Shown piece by piece: positions 10,546-21,719 of a stretch of 64,000 nucleotides of DNA (positions are counted from its first letter, which is position 1; each line of letters starts with the position of its first letter). Position numbers and translations under genes: made by a program. This DNA comes from Candidatus Deferrimicrobiaceae bacterium (GTDB taxonomy: Bacteria > Desulfobacterota > Deferrimicrobia > Deferrimicrobiales > Deferrimicrobiaceae). The notes beneath the pieces are model-generated. The model made no database searches. It saw only the letters and a list, made by a program, of their open reading frames with translations, and was not told where the DNA came from. The DNA lies in assembly GCA_963792415.1 (NCBI GenBank), contig CAWBVY010000006.1, positions 832,001 to 896,000 of the forward strand, read 5' to 3'.

Positions 10546-11174
10546 GGGAAGACACCGACCACGCTCTGGCCGGCGCGGACGCGGTCCCCGGGGACGACCG
10601 ACAGCCGGACCTCCGCCGGAAGGTACAGGTCGACGCGGGAGCCGAAACGGATCATCCCCACCCGCTGTCCCTGGCGCACCGCATCCCCCTCCTTGAGGTC
10701 GCACACGATCCGGCGGGCGAGCATCCCCGCGATCTGGACGTACGTCACCGTGCGCCCCTCGGGCGTGACGATCGCCACTCCGTTCTGCTCGTTCATCAGC
10801 GAGGCCTTTTCGACGCTCGCCACGTGGAACGTCCCCTTGTGGTACCGGACCGACGCCACCCGCCCCGTCACCGGCGCCCGGTTGACGTGGACGTCGAGGG
10901 GGGACATGAAGACGCTGACCCTCTTGCCGGCCACCAAAGCGTACCGCCCCGGCGGGGATTCTCCCGCATAGACGATTCTACCATCGGCCGGAGAAACGAC
11001 GGCTCCCGTCTCGGAAGGCGGCGTCCGGTCGGGGTTGCGGAAGAACCAGAGCGAGAACAGGGCCAGGAGCAGCCCGAGGGCGGCAAGAGGGATCCCCTTC
11101 GGCCAAAGAAGGTACGCGACGACCGCGAACGCCGCTCCCCCGAGGACGAAGGGCCACCCCTCCGGCGCAAGCAT
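10542..11174 (-). CDS. psd: Phosphatidylserine decarboxylase proenzyme
   Basis: FFRNPDR, VSPADG, HVNRAP and RFGSRVD cleavage motif. Confidence 0.93.
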   Translation of the reverse strand: MLAPEGWPFVLGGAAFAVVAYLLWPKGIPLAALGLLLALFSLWFFRNPDRTPPSETGAVVSPADGRIVYAGESPPGRYALVAGKRVSVFMSPLDVHVNRAPVTGRVASVRYHKGTFHVASVEKASLMNEQNGVAIVTPEGRTVTYVQIAGMLARRIVCDLKEGDAVRQGQRVGMIRFGSRVDLYLPAEVRLSVVPGDRVRAGQSVVGVFP

Positions 11175-11191
11175 CGGGCCCTTCCCTCCGC

Positions 11192-12211
11192 TCAATTCTT
11201 CGTCTTGTCGACCAGGCGCCCCTTCGACATCCACGGCATCAACGCCCGAAGCCTGCGGCCGACCTCCTCGATCGGGTGCTCCTCGCCGCGGCGCGTGAGG
11301 GCGTTGAAGACCGGGCGGTTGGCCTGGTTCTCCAGCATCCACTCCTTCGCGAAGGAACCGCTCTGGATCTCCTCGAGGATCCGCTTCATCTCCGCCTTGG
11401 TCTCGGGAGAGACGACGCGGGGACCGCGCGTCAGGTCGCCGTATTGCGCCGTGTTGCTGATCGAGTACCGCATGGTGGAGATCCCGCCCTCGTAGATGAG
11501 GTCGACGATCAGCTTGAGCTCGTGCACGCACTCGAAGTACGCCATCTCCGGGGAGTACCCCGCCTCGACCAGCGTTTCGTACCCCGCCATCACCAACGCC
11601 GTGGCCCCGCCGCAGAGGACGGCCTGCTCCCCGAACAGGTCGGTCTCCGTCTCCTCCCGGAAGTTCGTCTCGATGACCCCGGCGCGCGCGGCTCCGATTC
11701 CCGCCGCGTAGGCGAGTGCCACGTCCTTCGTGATCCCCGCCGGATCCTGGTGGACGGCGATCAGTGCCGGCACCCCTTCCCCCTTCAGGTACTGGGCGCG
11801 GACGAGGTGCCCCGGCCCCTTGGGGGCCACCATGAAGACGTTGATGTCGGGACGCGGGACGATCTGCCCGAAGTGGATGTTGAAGCCGTGCGCGAACATC
11901 AGGTACGCCCCCTTGCGCAGGTTCGGCCCCACCGACGCCCGGTAGATCCCCCCCTGGAGCTCGTCGGGCAGGAGCATGACGACCACGTCGGCCTTCTTCA
12001 CCACCGAGGCGGCGTCCGCCACCTCGAAACCGGCATCCTTCGCCTTCTTCTCGTTCTCGCCGCCGGGGACCTCTCCGACGATGACGTTGAATCCGCTCTC
12101 CTTGAGGTTGTTCGCGTGGGCGTGTCCCTGACTTCCGTATCCAAGGATCGCGATCGTCTTTCCCTTGAGCAATTCCAGCTTGGCGTCCTGTTCCCGGTAC
12201 ATTGTGACCAT
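11192..12211 (-). CDS. ilvC: Ketol-acid reductoisomerase
   Basis: [17 protein letters not shown] and [16 protein letters not shown] motifs. Confidence 0.97.
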   Translation of the reverse strand: MVTMYREQDAKLELLKGKTIAILGYGSQGHAHANNLKESGFNVIVGEVPGGENEKKAKDAGFEVADAASVVKKADVVVMLLPDELQGGIYRASVGPNLRKGAYLMFAHGFNIHFGQIVPRPDINVFMVAPKGPGHLVRAQYLKGEGVPALIAVHQDPAGITKDVALAYAAGIGAARAGVIETNFREETETDLFGEQAVLCGGATALVMAGYETLVEAGYSPEMAYFECVHELKLIVDLIYEGGISTMRYSISNTAQYGDLTRGPRVVSPETKAEMKRILEEIQSGSFAKEWMLENQANRPVFNALTRRGEEHPIEEVGRRLRALMPWMSKGRLVDKTKN

Positions 12212-12265
12212 TTTCTCTCCCTCCGTTTTCCTTTCTTCGGAATCCCCGCGTAGGTCCCTCTTCCC

Positions 12266-12742
12266 CTACATCCCGCGGGAGATGGCGATCTTGCCGGTCC
12301 GCACGACTTCGCGGATGCCCATGGGTCGGAGCATCTGCAGGAAGGCCATCACCTTCCCCTCGCCCCCCGTCATCTCGATCGTGTAGCAGCGCGGCGCGAC
12401 ATCGACGATCCGGGCGCGGAAGATGTCGACCAGCCGCAGCACCTCCTGCTTCCCATCCCCCTCGGCATTCACCTTGACGAGCACCAGTTCCCGGTCGACC
12501 GTGTCCACCCCCGTGAAATCGATCACCTTGAGGACCGGGATGAGCTTGTTCAACTGCTTCAGGATCTGCTCGATGATCTGGTCGTTCCCGCTGGTGACGA
12601 TCGTCATCCGGGAGACCTTCGGCTCGATCGTCTCCGCCACGCAGAGCGACTCGATGTTGAACCCGCGACCGGAGAAGAGGCCGGAGACGCGGCTCAACAC
12701 CCCGAACTCGTTCTCCACCAGGACGGAAATCGTGTGGCGCAT
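12266..12742 (-). CDS. ilvN: Acetolactate synthase small subunit
   Basis: MRHTISVLVENEFGVLSRVSGLFSGRGFNIESL ACT domain. Confidence 0.96.
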   Translation of the reverse strand: MRHTISVLVENEFGVLSRVSGLFSGRGFNIESLCVAETIEPKVSRMTIVTSGNDQIIEQILKQLNKLIPVLKVIDFTGVDTVDRELVLVKVNAEGDGKQEVLRLVDIFRARIVDVAPRCYTIEMTGGEGKVMAFLQMLRPMGIREVVRTGKIAISRGM

Positions 12743-12797
12743 CGCGCTATCCTCTCCTTCCGTGTCCGTCGGCCGTCAAACCCGTGCAGCGTTCCCG

Positions 12798-14492
12798 CTA
12801 CACCAGCAGCATCTCGGTCAGCCCCGCCCCCGCGGGGACCATCGGGTAGACCATCTCGTCGGGATCCGTGATCACGTCGATCAGCACCGGTCCGTCGGCG
12901 GCGAACCCCTTGCGGAGAACCTCGGGGACCTCCTCCGGTTTCGTGGCCCGGAATCCCTTCGCCCCGTACGCCTCCGCCAGCTTCACGAAGTCCGGGATCC
13001 GGGGGAGACATGTCTGGGAATAGTTCCCGTCGAAGAAGAGTTCCTGCCACTGGCGGACCATCCCGAGCGTCCCGTTGTTGAGGATCACGACCTTCACCGG
13101 GATCCGGTACTGCACGGCCGTGGCCAGCTCCTGGATGTTCATCTGGATGCTTCCGTCCCCCGCGATGTCGACGACGAGGCGCCCCGGCATCGCCACCTGC
13201 GCGCCGATCGCCGCCGGAAGCCCGTACCCCATCGTCCCCAATCCCCCCGAGGAAAGGAAGGTGCGCGGCCGGTCGTAGTTGTAGAACTGGGCGGCCCACA
13301 TCTGGTTCTGGCCGACCTCCGTGGCGATGATCGCCTTCCCCTTCGAGAGCTTGTGGATCTGTTCCACCACGTATTGCGGCTTGATCTTCCCCTTCGACGG
13401 CTTGTACGTCAGCGGGTGGGTCTTCACCCACGAGGCGATCTGCTTTCGCCACGCGGCGGTCCTTCCCTGGAACGCGGCCACCTCTTTCTTCCCCTTCACC
13501 AGCTTGATCATCTTCCGCAGGACGTCCTTCACGTCGCCCACGATCGGGATGTCGACCCGCACGTTTTTCTGGATCGACGTGGGATCGATGTCGATGTGGA
13601 TGATCTTGGCGTGCGGCGCGAATCCGCTGATCTTCCCGGTCACGCGGTCGTCGAAGCGCGCGCCCACCGCGAGGATGACGTCCGAGCTGGAGATCGCCAT
13701 GTTCGCCGCGTACGTCCCGTGCATCCCGAGCATCCCGAGCGAGAGCGGGTCGGAACCGGGGAACGCCCCCATCCCCATGAGCGTCGTGGTCACCGGGAGG
13801 GAGAGCGCGCGGGAAAGCTCCGCCAGTTCCCCGGAGGCGTTCGACAGGATGACGCCGCCCCCGGCGTAGACGACCGGGCGCTCCCGGGACAGCAGCAGCT
13901 GCACCGCGCTTTCCACCTGGCGCTGGTGCCCTTCGTACGTGGGGTGATATCCCCGGAGGCTGACATCCTCGGGAAGATCGTATCGCGCGGAGGCGGACAG
14001 CACGTCCTTGGGCATGTCGACGAGCACCGGACCGGGACGACCCGTGGAAGCGATGTAGAACGCCTGCTTGATGATCCGGGCGAGATCCTTCGTCTCCTTG
14101 ACGAGATAGTTGTGCTTGGTGCACGGCCGGCTGATCCCGACGATGTCCGCCTCCTGGAAGGCGTCGTTGCCGATCAGGAGCGTGGGAACCTGCCCCGAGA
14201 AGACGACGATCGGGATCGAGTCCATGTACGCCGTGACGAGGCCGGTGACCGTGTTCGTCGCCCCGGGACCCGACGTGACGAGGCACACCCCCGTCTTCCC
14301 GGACGCCCGGGCGTAGCCGTCGGCCATGTGGACCGCCCCCTGCTCGTGGCGGCACAGCATGTGGCGCACCCTCACGTTCTTGAACAGGACGTCGTAGATG
14401 TGGATGGTCGACCCGCCGGGGTAGCCGAAGACGACGTCGGTCCCCAGGTCCGCGATCGCCTTGACGAAGATCTCCGCACCGGTCATCTGCAT
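12798..14492 (-). CDS. ilvB: Acetolactate synthase large subunit
   Basis: [20 protein letters not shown] and GDGS..NN TPP motif. Confidence 0.96.
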   Translation of the reverse strand: MQMTGAEIFVKAIADLGTDVVFGYPGGSTIHIYDVLFKNVRVRHMLCRHEQGAVHMADGYARASGKTGVCLVTSGPGATNTVTGLVTAYMDSIPIVVFSGQVPTLLIGNDAFQEADIVGISRPCTKHNYLVKETKDLARIIKQAFYIASTGRPGPVLVDMPKDVLSASARYDLPEDVSLRGYHPTYEGHQRQVESAVQLLLSRERPVVYAGGGVILSNASGELAELSRALSLPVTTTLMGMGAFPGSDPLSLGMLGMHGTYAANMAISSSDVILAVGARFDDRVTGKISGFAPHAKIIHIDIDPTSIQKNVRVDIPIVGDVKDVLRKMIKLVKGKKEVAAFQGRTAAWRKQIASWVKTHPLTYKPSKGKIKPQYVVEQIHKLSKGKAIIATEVGQNQMWAAQFYNYDRPRTFLSSGGLGTMGYGLPAAIGAQVAMPGRLVVDIAGDGSIQMNIQELATAVQYRIPVKVVILNNGTLGMVRQWQELFFDGNYSQTCLPRIPDFVKLAEAYGAKGFRATKPEEVPEVLRKGFAADGPVLIDVITDPDEMVYPMVPAGAGLTEMLLV

Positions 14493-14636
14493 GGAAAAAG
14501 CCTCCTCATCCTTTCGTCCCCGGGGAACCGCCGGATAGGGAAAACCCCGCCCGGGTGCGACCCCGGGTAGGGGGGGATCCGCCCGACACGGAAAATCGTC
14601 CCGGCGAGGTGGGTACTTCCGGCCGGTCCGCGTTTT

Positions 14637-14849
14637 CTAGGCGTTCAGAATCTGCGCGATCTTGTCCTTCCTGGCGAGTTTCAGCTTCTGGAGCCGCTTC
14701 CGCTCGACTTCCTCGTCGGGAAGCAGGTGCACCTTGCGGTCAAGTTCCTTCAGTTTCTCGTCGAGCTGGCGATGCTCCTCGACGAGCGCCTTGAACTCCG
14801 GATCCTTCGCGATCAGGGCGGCCGTTTTCTCTTCCAGGCTCTGGCCCAT
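14637..14849 (-). CDS. DUF465/YdcH family small coiled-coil protein
   Basis: EEHRQLDEKL..LQKLKLARKDKI; GGAGG RBS upstream of the ATG at 14849. Confidence 0.8.
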   Translation of the reverse strand: MGQSLEEKTAALIAKDPEFKALVEEHRQLDEKLKELDRKVHLLPDEEVERKRLQKLKLARKDKIAQILNA

Positions 14850-14942
14850 CGACACCTCCGGCGGGATTTTGGATGATTCCCTAGCATAGCAGATGAAACT
14901 CCTTTTTCAAAGAACGGGGCCGTCCCGGAACGATTCCCTCCG

Positions 14943-15629
14943 TTACGGGCGGGTAGGCGTCGGCTCCGCGCCCGAGGGGCGGAGGTAGAAGGGGACGGCC
15001 GTGCGGGGATTTCCGGCGCCTCCGTCCCGGAAGATCCGTTCGCCGACGATTCCCACCGCCGACGCACGGGGAAGCCCCTCGTCCCCGGAGACGAGGATCG
15101 CGCGGTCCCCCAGCGCCTCCCGGAACAACGCCCCGAAGGGGGGGACGCCGTCACCGCAGAAGAGGACGCCGCCGCCCGGTATCCGACCGGGGAGCAGGGC
15201 GGGAGCGATGGCCATGTCGGGGGACAGACGGGCGAGTTCCCCGCCGTTCCATCGGAAGAGAGCCGCGTACACCTCTCCCCTGCGGGCGTCCTGGACCGGA
15301 CAGACGATCCGTCCCTCCCCCGGAAATCGATGGGCAAGGGCGAGCAGGGTGGGCACGGGGACGAGCGGCACGCCCCACCCGAAACAGAACCCTTTCGCCG
15401 CCGACATCCCGACGCGCAACCCGGTGAACGCCCCGGGCCCGGCCGAAACGGCGACGGCGGAAACGTCCCCGGCCGCCGCCCCGGCGGTGGCGAAGAGCGC
15501 TCCCACGGTCGAGATGTACGATCCGGACACACGTGGACCCGGGAGGAGAAAGGCCTCCGCCCGGACCACGGAGCCGGACACCAGCGCCACGCTCCCTCGG
15601 GGAGTCGCCGTCTCGAACGCCAGGATCAC
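14943..15629 (-). CDS. tsaB: tRNA t6A biosynthesis protein TsaB
   Basis: ILAFETAT, GPGAFTGLRVG, DARRGEVY and PFYLR motifs. Confidence 0.93.
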   Translation of the reverse strand: MILAFETATPRGSVALVSGSVVRAEAFLLPGPRVSGSYISTVGALFATAGAAAGDVSAVAVSAGPGAFTGLRVGMSAAKGFCFGWGVPLVPVPTLLALAHRFPGEGRIVCPVQDARRGEVYAALFRWNGGELARLSPDMAIAPALLPGRIPGGGVLFCGDGVPPFGALFREALGDRAILVSGDEGLPRASAVGIVGERIFRDGGAGNPRTAVPFYLRPSGAEPTPTRP

Positions 15630-15633
15630 CGGA

Positions 15634-16698
15634 TCATCGGGACAGGAGCCGGGCGATGTCGTTGTAGAAGACGAGCGCCGTCAGGGTGAGGATGAGCGCG
15701 AGCCCCACCTGGTGGGCCAGGGTGCGCACCTGCGGTGAGATCGGCTTGCGCATCAGACCCTCTACCGAGAAGAAGAGCAGGTGCCCGCCGTCGAGGATCG
15801 GGATCGGAAGCAGGTTGAGGATGCCGAGGTTGACGCTCAGCAGGCCGAGAAAGTAGGCGAACGGGGAGATCCCCTGGCGGGCCTGGTCCCCCGCGATCTG
15901 CGCGATGAGGATCGGCCCCCCCAGCGTCTCGGACGGGAGAACGCGCGTCACGAGTTTCACAACCGTCATCACGGTCAGGTAGATGAGCTTTCCGGTCTCC
16001 TGCCCCGCACGGACGAAGGCCGCCCCCGGCCCGATCCGGCGGTAGACCACCTCCTGCCCCGCGACGATCCCGATCTTCGGTTCGGAGACCTTCTCCCCGA
16101 ATACGGTGCGTCCCTCCCGCATCTCCGGGGCGACAAGGATCGTCGTTTCCGACCCGTCGCGCTTCACCGTGACCCGAAGAGGCTTTCCGGAGCCCTCCGA
16201 GCGGATCTTCGTCGCGAGTTCCTCCCAGGTTGCGACCGCCGCGCCGTCGATCCGGAGCACCACGTCCCCCTTCCGGAGCCCCGCGCGGGCGGCCGGCGTG
16301 TCGGGAGCGATGTCGCCGATGCGCGTGGTCAGGGACGGAACGCCTCCGAGGAAGACGACCCAGAAAACGAGGATGGCGAAGACGAGGTTCCCCACCGGTC
16401 CGGCCGCCACGATCGCCATCTTCACCCAGACCGGTTTCTGCTGGAAGGAGCGCGCCAGCTGTTCGGGCGGGACCTCTTCCCCCTCGCTCTCCCCGACGAG
16501 CTTCACGTACCCGCCGAGAGGAACCGCGGAGAGGAGGTATTCGGTTTCACCCCGACGGAAGCCGGCCAGCTTCGGTCCGAACCCGAACGAGAACTTGGTG
16601 ACTCCGACACCGAGTTTCCGGGCCACGATGAAGTGGCCGAACTCGTGCACGAAAATGAGAATGCCGAGGACGACGATGAACGAGAGGAAATAGATCAC
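15634..16698 (-). CDS. rseP: RIP metalloprotease RseP
   Basis: HEFGH, PDZ domain and NLLPIPILDGG motif. Confidence 0.95.
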   Translation of the reverse strand: MIYFLSFIVVLGILIFVHEFGHFIVARKLGVGVTKFSFGFGPKLAGFRRGETEYLLSAVPLGGYVKLVGESEGEEVPPEQLARSFQQKPVWVKMAIVAAGPVGNLVFAILVFWVVFLGGVPSLTTRIGDIAPDTPAARAGLRKGDVVLRIDGAAVATWEELATKIRSEGSGKPLRVTVKRDGSETTILVAPEMREGRTVFGEKVSEPKIGIVAGQEVVYRRIGPGAAFVRAGQETGKLIYLTVMTVVKLVTRVLPSETLGGPILIAQIAGDQARQGISPFAYFLGLLSVNLGILNLLPIPILDGGHLLFFSVEGLMRKPISPQVRTLAHQVGLALILTLTALVFYNDIARLLSR

Positions 16699-17870
16699 GA
16701 TGGTCGATGTCTCCTGTGACGGGATAGTTCGTTCCGCGCCGCGAGGCGCGACTGCGCGTCGGCGTCGAGCACTTCCTGAAGCGACCGGGCCGTGAACGGC
16801 GCCGACCACGCCGACAGCACGCGGTCGACGACGCGGACGATGTCGGTAAACGCGATCTGACCCGACAGAAACGCCAGGACCGCCTCCTCGTTGGCGCCGC
16901 TCATGACGGCCGGCGCCGATCCGCCCGTCTCCGCGGCGGCGTAGGCGATCCGCAGCGCAGGGAACCGTTTCCGGTCGGGTCGCTCGAAGATCAACCCTTC
17001 CATTCGATGCGGCCGCAGACGGGACAGTTCCAGGGGGAGCCGTCCAGGGTGCGAGAAGGCGTATCCGATGGGGATCCGCATGTCGGGGGCCCCCATCTGC
17101 GCCATCACGCTGCCGTCGCGGAACTCCACCATCGAGTGGACCACCGACTGGGGGTGTATCAACACGTCGATCCGCGAGGGTGGGAGGCCGAACAGCCACG
17201 TCGCCTCGATCACCTCGAGCCCCTTGTTCATGAGGGTGGCGGAGTCCACGGAGATCTTCGCCCCCATCCGCCACGTGGGGTGTCCCAGCGCCTGCGCCAC
17301 CGTGGCCGACCGCATCCTGGAGACGGTGTGGGTGCGGAACGGTCCGCCCGAGGCGGTGAGAAGGATCCGGAGGACCTCGTCCCGGCGGCGACCCTCGGTC
17401 GCCTGGAAGACGGCGGAATGCTCGCTGTCGACGGGGAGGATCTCCGCCTTCCCCCGCCGAGCGGCGGCGGTCACGAACTTCCCGGCCATCACGAGAAGTT
17501 CCTTGTTCGCCAGAGCGATCCGCTTCCCCTGTTCCGCGGCGGCGATGACCGGGCGGATCGAGGTGATCCCGGACGCCGCGGCGAGGACGATGTCGACGTT
17601 CCCGGCGCACGCCGCCTCCCGCATCCCCTCTTCCCCGAAGAGGAGGCGCGTCCCCCGCGGAAACTCCTTCCGGAGATCCGCTCCGTTCCCCCCGGAGAGG
17701 CAGACGATGTCGGGGCGGAAAAGACGGGCGAGGCCGGCCAGCGCCCGGGCGTTCGTTCCGGCGCACAGCGCGGTCGCGCGAAACCGTCGCGGAAACCGGG
17801 AGATGACGTCCAGCGCGTTCCGGCCGACGGAGCCGGTGGCGCCCAGCACCGCCACCCCCAGCCGGCTCAC
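16695..17870 (-). CDS. dxr: 1-deoxy-D-xylulose-5-phosphate reductoisomerase
   Basis: LGATGSVG, LANKE, PVDSEH, HPTWRMG and NKGLEVIE motifs. Confidence 0.96.
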   Translation of the reverse strand: MSRLGVAVLGATGSVGRNALDVISRFPRRFRATALCAGTNARALAGLARLFRPDIVCLSGGNGADLRKEFPRGTRLLFGEEGMREAACAGNVDIVLAAASGITSIRPVIAAAEQGKRIALANKELLVMAGKFVTAAARRGKAEILPVDSEHSAVFQATEGRRRDEVLRILLTASGGPFRTHTVSRMRSATVAQALGHPTWRMGAKISVDSATLMNKGLEVIEATWLFGLPPSRIDVLIHPQSVVHSMVEFRDGSVMAQMGAPDMRIPIGYAFSHPGRLPLELSRLRPHRMEGLIFERPDRKRFPALRIAYAAAETGGSAPAVMSGANEEAVLAFLSGQIAFTDIVRVVDRVLSAWSAPFTARSLQEVLDADAQSRLAARNELSRHRRHRPS

Positions 17871-18688
17871 GCGCCCACCCCGGCGATGGACGACAACGCC
17901 GCGAACAGGTAGAGGACCGGTCCGGCCCCGAGGATCCCGTCGGCCCGATCGAGGATCCCCCCGTGGCCAGGCAGCAGCGTCCCGCTGTCCTTCACGCCCG
18001 CCGCGCGCTTGAGCAGCGACTCGAACAGGTCGCCCGCCTGTCCGAAGGCCCCCACCGCGGCCCCGGCGGCGGCGGCGTATCCCGCCGGCACCCCGGGGAG
18101 AAAACCGTGCGCGTAGAGGGCGGCGCAGCCAACGCTCCCGAGGATCCCCCCGACCGCGCCTTCCACCGTCTTGTTCGGCGAGACGGCCGGGGCGAACTTC
18201 CTCCGGCCGATCGCCCTTCCCGTGAAGTAGGCCATCGTGTCCCCCGCCGCCACCGCGAGGATTCCCAGGAGCACCCAGTGCTCCCCGTGGGGAAGAAGGA
18301 GCGTTCGCGGATACATCGACAGAAGTCCCCCGACGTAGACCGCCCCGAGGCAGAGCGTCGCCGCCCTGCGCGCTTTTTCCGCGGGATCGGCCGCTCCCGG
18401 AAGGACGTGAAAGACCGAAAGGAGGACGCAGACGAGAACCGCCGGTACGCCGAAGGAACCCGGGAGCAGCGCCGCCGAAAAATACACGAGGACGGCGAGC
18501 ACGACCCCGCCCGCGCGATCCCGGGCGCCGTGGAGGAACATCCGGAATCCTTCGCCCGCGCAAAGCCCCGCGGCGGCCGCGCACAGCAGCAGGAACGGCC
18601 ACCCCCCCGGGCGCCCGACGGAGAGCAGGATGGAGGCGATCAGGAGCGGGATGAGAACGGCGGCGGTGGCGATCCGTTTCCAGAGCAT
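17867..18688 (-). CDS. cdsA: Phosphatidate cytidylyltransferase
   Basis: SPNKTVEG, GDLFESLLKR and KDSG..PGHGGILDR motifs. Confidence 0.95.
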   Translation of the reverse strand: MLWKRIATAAVLIPLLIASILLSVGRPGGWPFLLLCAAAAGLCAGEGFRMFLHGARDRAGGVVLAVLVYFSAALLPGSFGVPAVLVCVLLSVFHVLPGAADPAEKARRAATLCLGAVYVGGLLSMYPRTLLLPHGEHWVLLGILAVAAGDTMAYFTGRAIGRRKFAPAVSPNKTVEGAVGGILGSVGCAALYAHGFLPGVPAGYAAAAGAAVGAFGQAGDLFESLLKRAAGVKDSGTLLPGHGGILDRADGILGAGPVLYLFAALSSIAGVGA

Positions 18689-18692
18689 CGCG

Positions 18693-19445
18693 CTATTTCC
18701 CCGGGGGCTTGACGGCCTGGTCGGCGGTCAGCCCGAAACGCCGGTGGCGGCGGGAGTACTCCTCGAGCGCCTGGAGGAACTCCGCCTTGCCGAAATCCGG
18801 CCACAGCACGTCCGTGAAGGCGAACTCGGCGTAGGCGGATTGCCAGAGCAGGAAGTTGCTGATGCGCAGTTCCCCGCTGGTGCGGATGACGAGGTCGGGA
18901 TCGGGGATCCCCGCGGTGTCGAGGCGGGCGGAGAACATCCCTTCCGTGATCTCCTCCGGAGCGATCTTCCCGTCCGCCGCCTCCGCGGCAAGGCGGCGCG
19001 CCGCACGGACGATCTCGTTGCGCCCCGCGTACGAAAGCCCCAGCGTCAAGGTCATCTCGGTATTCCCCGCCGTGGCGGAGACGGTGTGCTCCAGGACCTG
19101 CCGGACGGAGAAAGGGAGGGAGGAGGTCTCTCCGATGACACGGAGCCGGATCCGGTGTCGGAGGAGCAGGGAAAGCTCGCTGACGAGAAACTCCTTCAGG
19201 AGGGTCATGAGCGCAATGACCTCGGGCTCGGGGCGGCCCCAGTTCTCGAGCGAGAAGGCGTACAGGGTCAGGCATGGGATGCGCAGTTCCCGGGCGCACT
19301 CCACGACGGCGCGCACGGAGCGCACACCCATCCGGTGCCCCTCGACGCGCGGAAGCCCCCGCAGGTTCGCCCACCGGCCGTTGCCGTCCATGATGATGGC
19401 GACGTGCCGAGGCAGGGAAGGTGGGGCGCTTCCTTCGGAGGTCAT
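18693..19445 (-). CDS. uppS: Undecaprenyl diphosphate synthase
   Basis: HVAIIMDGNGRWA and RTSGELRISNFLLWQ motifs. Confidence 0.96.
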   Translation of the reverse strand: MTSEGSAPPSLPRHVAIIMDGNGRWANLRGLPRVEGHRMGVRSVRAVVECARELRIPCLTLYAFSLENWGRPEPEVIALMTLLKEFLVSELSLLLRHRIRLRVIGETSSLPFSVRQVLEHTVSATAGNTEMTLTLGLSYAGRNEIVRAARRLAAEAADGKIAPEEITEGMFSARLDTAGIPDPDLVIRTSGELRISNFLLWQSAYAEFAFTDVLWPDFGKAEFLQALEEYSRRHRRFGLTADQAVKPPGK

Positions 19446-19999
19446 CAGACCTCCAGGATCTCCTGTTCCTTGGACTTGAGGATCTCGTCGATCTTTTTCA
19501 CGTGGGCGTCCGTCTCCTTCTGGATCCGCTCCTGCCCGCGCTTGACGACGTCCTCGGAGATCTCCTTCTTCTTCTCCCGGTCCTTCAGCTTTTCGATCGC
19601 CTCGCGACGGACGTTGCGGACCGCCACGCGCGCGTCTTCGCCCATCTTCCGGACCACCTTGGCCAGCTCCCTGCGCCGTTCCTCCGTCAGGGGCGGGATC
19701 GGGATGCGGACCATCTTCCCGTCGTTCGACGGGTTCAGTCCGAGGCCGCTTCCCTGGATCGCCTTCTCGATCGGACCGATCATCTTGGTGTCCCAGGGGG
19801 TTACGGTGATCAGGCGGCTCTCGGGGACCGAGAGGGTCCCCACCTGCTGGAGCGGCGTGGGGGTGCCGTAGTAGTCCACCTTGACCCCGTCCAGCAGCGA
19901 GAAGGAGGCGCGCCCCGTGCGCACTTTCCCCAGTTCCTTCCGGAACGCTTCTATGCTCCGCTCCATGCGGGTGGAGGTGTCCTTGAACAGCGCTTCCAT
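19445..19999 (-). CDS. frr: Ribosome recycling factor
   Basis: RTGRA, VDYYG and PPLTEERR motifs; start MEALF. Confidence 0.96.
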   Translation of the reverse strand: MEALFKDTSTRMERSIEAFRKELGKVRTGRASFSLLDGVKVDYYGTPTPLQQVGTLSVPESRLITVTPWDTKMIGPIEKAIQGSGLGLNPSNDGKMVRIPIPPLTEERRRELAKVVRKMGEDARVAVRNVRREAIEKLKDREKKKEISEDVVKRGQERIQKETDAHVKKIDEILKSKEQEILEV

Positions 20000-20724
20000 T
20001 ACTTCCCTCCGTGGACCACGGTGCCGATCCTCTCGCCCAGCACCGCCTTCAGGATGTTCCCCCTCTTCGTCAGATTGAACACGACGATGGGGAGGTCGTT
20101 GTCCATGCACAGGGAGATGGCCGTGGCGTCCATGACCTTGAGGTTCTTCCGGAGGACGTCGAGGTAGGTCAGGCGGGAGTACTTCTTCGCCCCCGGGTGG
20201 AGCACCGGGTCGCGATCGTACACGCCGTCGACCTTGGTGGCCTTGAGGATAGCGTCGGCGTTGATCTCCATCGCCCGCAGCGCCGCCGCGGTGTCCGTCG
20301 TGAAATACGGGTTCCCGGTCCCTGCCGCGAAGATCACCACCCGCCCCTTTTCAAGGTGGCGCAGGGCGCGCCGGCGGATGTACGGCTCGGCGATCGCGCG
20401 CATCTCGATCGCGCTCATCACGCGCGTCGTGACCCCGGTCCGCTCGAGGACGTCCTGCAGGGCGAGGCTGTTGATGACCGTCGCCAGCATTCCCATGTAG
20501 TCCGCGGAGGCGCGGTCGATGCGGAAGTCCCGGCTGGTTCCGATCCCCCGGAAGATGTTCCCGCCGCCGACGACGAGGGCCACATGTACGCCGAGTCCGA
20601 CGACTTCCCGGATCTCGGTCGACAGGCCGGTGAGGATCGCGTCGTCGATCCCGTACGCCTGTTTCCCCATCAGGGCTTCCCCCGACAGCTTCAGCAGGAT
20701 CCGGCGGTACGACGGTTTCTCCAC
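19999..20724 (-). CDS. pyrH: Uridylate kinase
   Basis: [17 protein letters not shown] and [10 protein letters not shown] motifs. Confidence 0.97.
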   Translation of the reverse strand: MEKPSYRRILLKLSGEALMGKQAYGIDDAILTGLSTEIREVVGLGVHVALVVGGGNIFRGIGTSRDFRIDRASADYMGMLATVINSLALQDVLERTGVTTRVMSAIEMRAIAEPYIRRRALRHLEKGRVVIFAAGTGNPYFTTDTAAALRAMEINADAILKATKVDGVYDRDPVLHPGAKKYSRLTYLDVLRKNLKVMDATAISLCMDNDLPIVVFNLTKRGNILKAVLGERIGTVVHGGK

Positions 20725-20754
20725 GCAACCTCCGCAGGGCGCGGGTCGGAACGA

Positions 20755-21675
20755 TCACCCCTGCCCGAGCTGCTTCGCCACCTCGGCGGCCAGGTCGTCC
20801 GACCGCTTCTCCATCCCCTCGCCCACCTGGAAACGTGCGAAGGCGCTCACCGTGATCGGGCCACCGGCGGCCTTCCCCGCGTCCGCGAGAAACTGCGAGA
20901 CCTTCCGCTCCGGGTCCTTGATGAACGCCTGCTCGACGAGGCAGAAATCGCCGAAAAACTTCTCCAGCTTCCCGTCGGCGATCTTGTCCAGGATCTTGTC
21001 GGGTTTCCCCGAAGCCTTTGCCTGCTCGCGGTAGATCGCCTTCTCGCGCTCGATGACCGGCGCGGGGACCTCGTTCCTGCCGATGTACGTCGGGTTGGCG
21101 GCCGCCACCTGCATCGCGAGGTCCTTGGCCAGCGCGGCCACCGCGGCGTTCGACCGATCCGCGCCCGATACCGCCACGAGGACGCCGATCTTCCCCCCGG
21201 CGTGGATATACGGGACGATCATGCCGGCCGCCCCCGCCGGCGTCTCGAGGCGCGCGAACCGGCGGAAGGAAATCTTTTCGCCGATCTTCGCGACCATCTC
21301 CACCAGCTTTTCACCGAGGTTTCCGCCGTCGAGCGGCAGGGTCAGGGCTTCGTCGACGTCCCGCGGCGCCTTGAAGTTCACCAGCGCGGCGACCGCATTC
21401 GCCCGCCCGACGAAGTCGTCGGTCCTGGCCACGAAGTCGGTCTCGCAGTTCATCTCGACCAGCGCCCCGGAGTTCCCCTCCACGTGGGCGCAGACGACCC
21501 CCTCGGAGGCGATCCGCGAAGACTTCTTCGCGGCCGCCGCGAGGCCCTTCTTCCGGAGGTGGTCGATCGCCGCCTCCATGTCGCCGCCCGACGCCGAGAG
21601 CGCCGCCTTGCAATCCATCAGGCCCGCGCCGGTCTTCTCGCGGAGCTCCTTGACCATCCCGGATGTGATCTGCAT
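20755..21675 (-). CDS. tsf: Elongation factor Ts
   Basis: VKELREKTGAGLMDCK and NCETDFVA motifs. Confidence 0.97.
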   Translation of the reverse strand: MQITSGMVKELREKTGAGLMDCKAALSASGGDMEAAIDHLRKKGLAAAAKKSSRIASEGVVCAHVEGNSGALVEMNCETDFVARTDDFVGRANAVAALVNFKAPRDVDEALTLPLDGGNLGEKLVEMVAKIGEKISFRRFARLETPAGAAGMIVPYIHAGGKIGVLVAVSGADRSNAAVAALAKDLAMQVAAANPTYIGRNEVPAPVIEREKAIYREQAKASGKPDKILDKIADGKLEKFFGDFCLVEQAFIKDPERKVSQFLADAGKAAGGPITVSAFARFQVGEGMEKRSDDLAAEVAKQLGQG

Positions 21676-21719
21676 TTCCCTGGATCTCCCTGATCGTTCG
21701 GGCCGCTCGGGACCCGGAA

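Noticed and set aside
14493-14636. Possible ilvB attenuator (GC hairpin 14545-14573 followed by T4 on the minus strand)
   Set aside because: No Ile/Leu/Val-rich leader peptide or T-box found and the stem is imperfect; at most a weak terminator for the DUF465 gene
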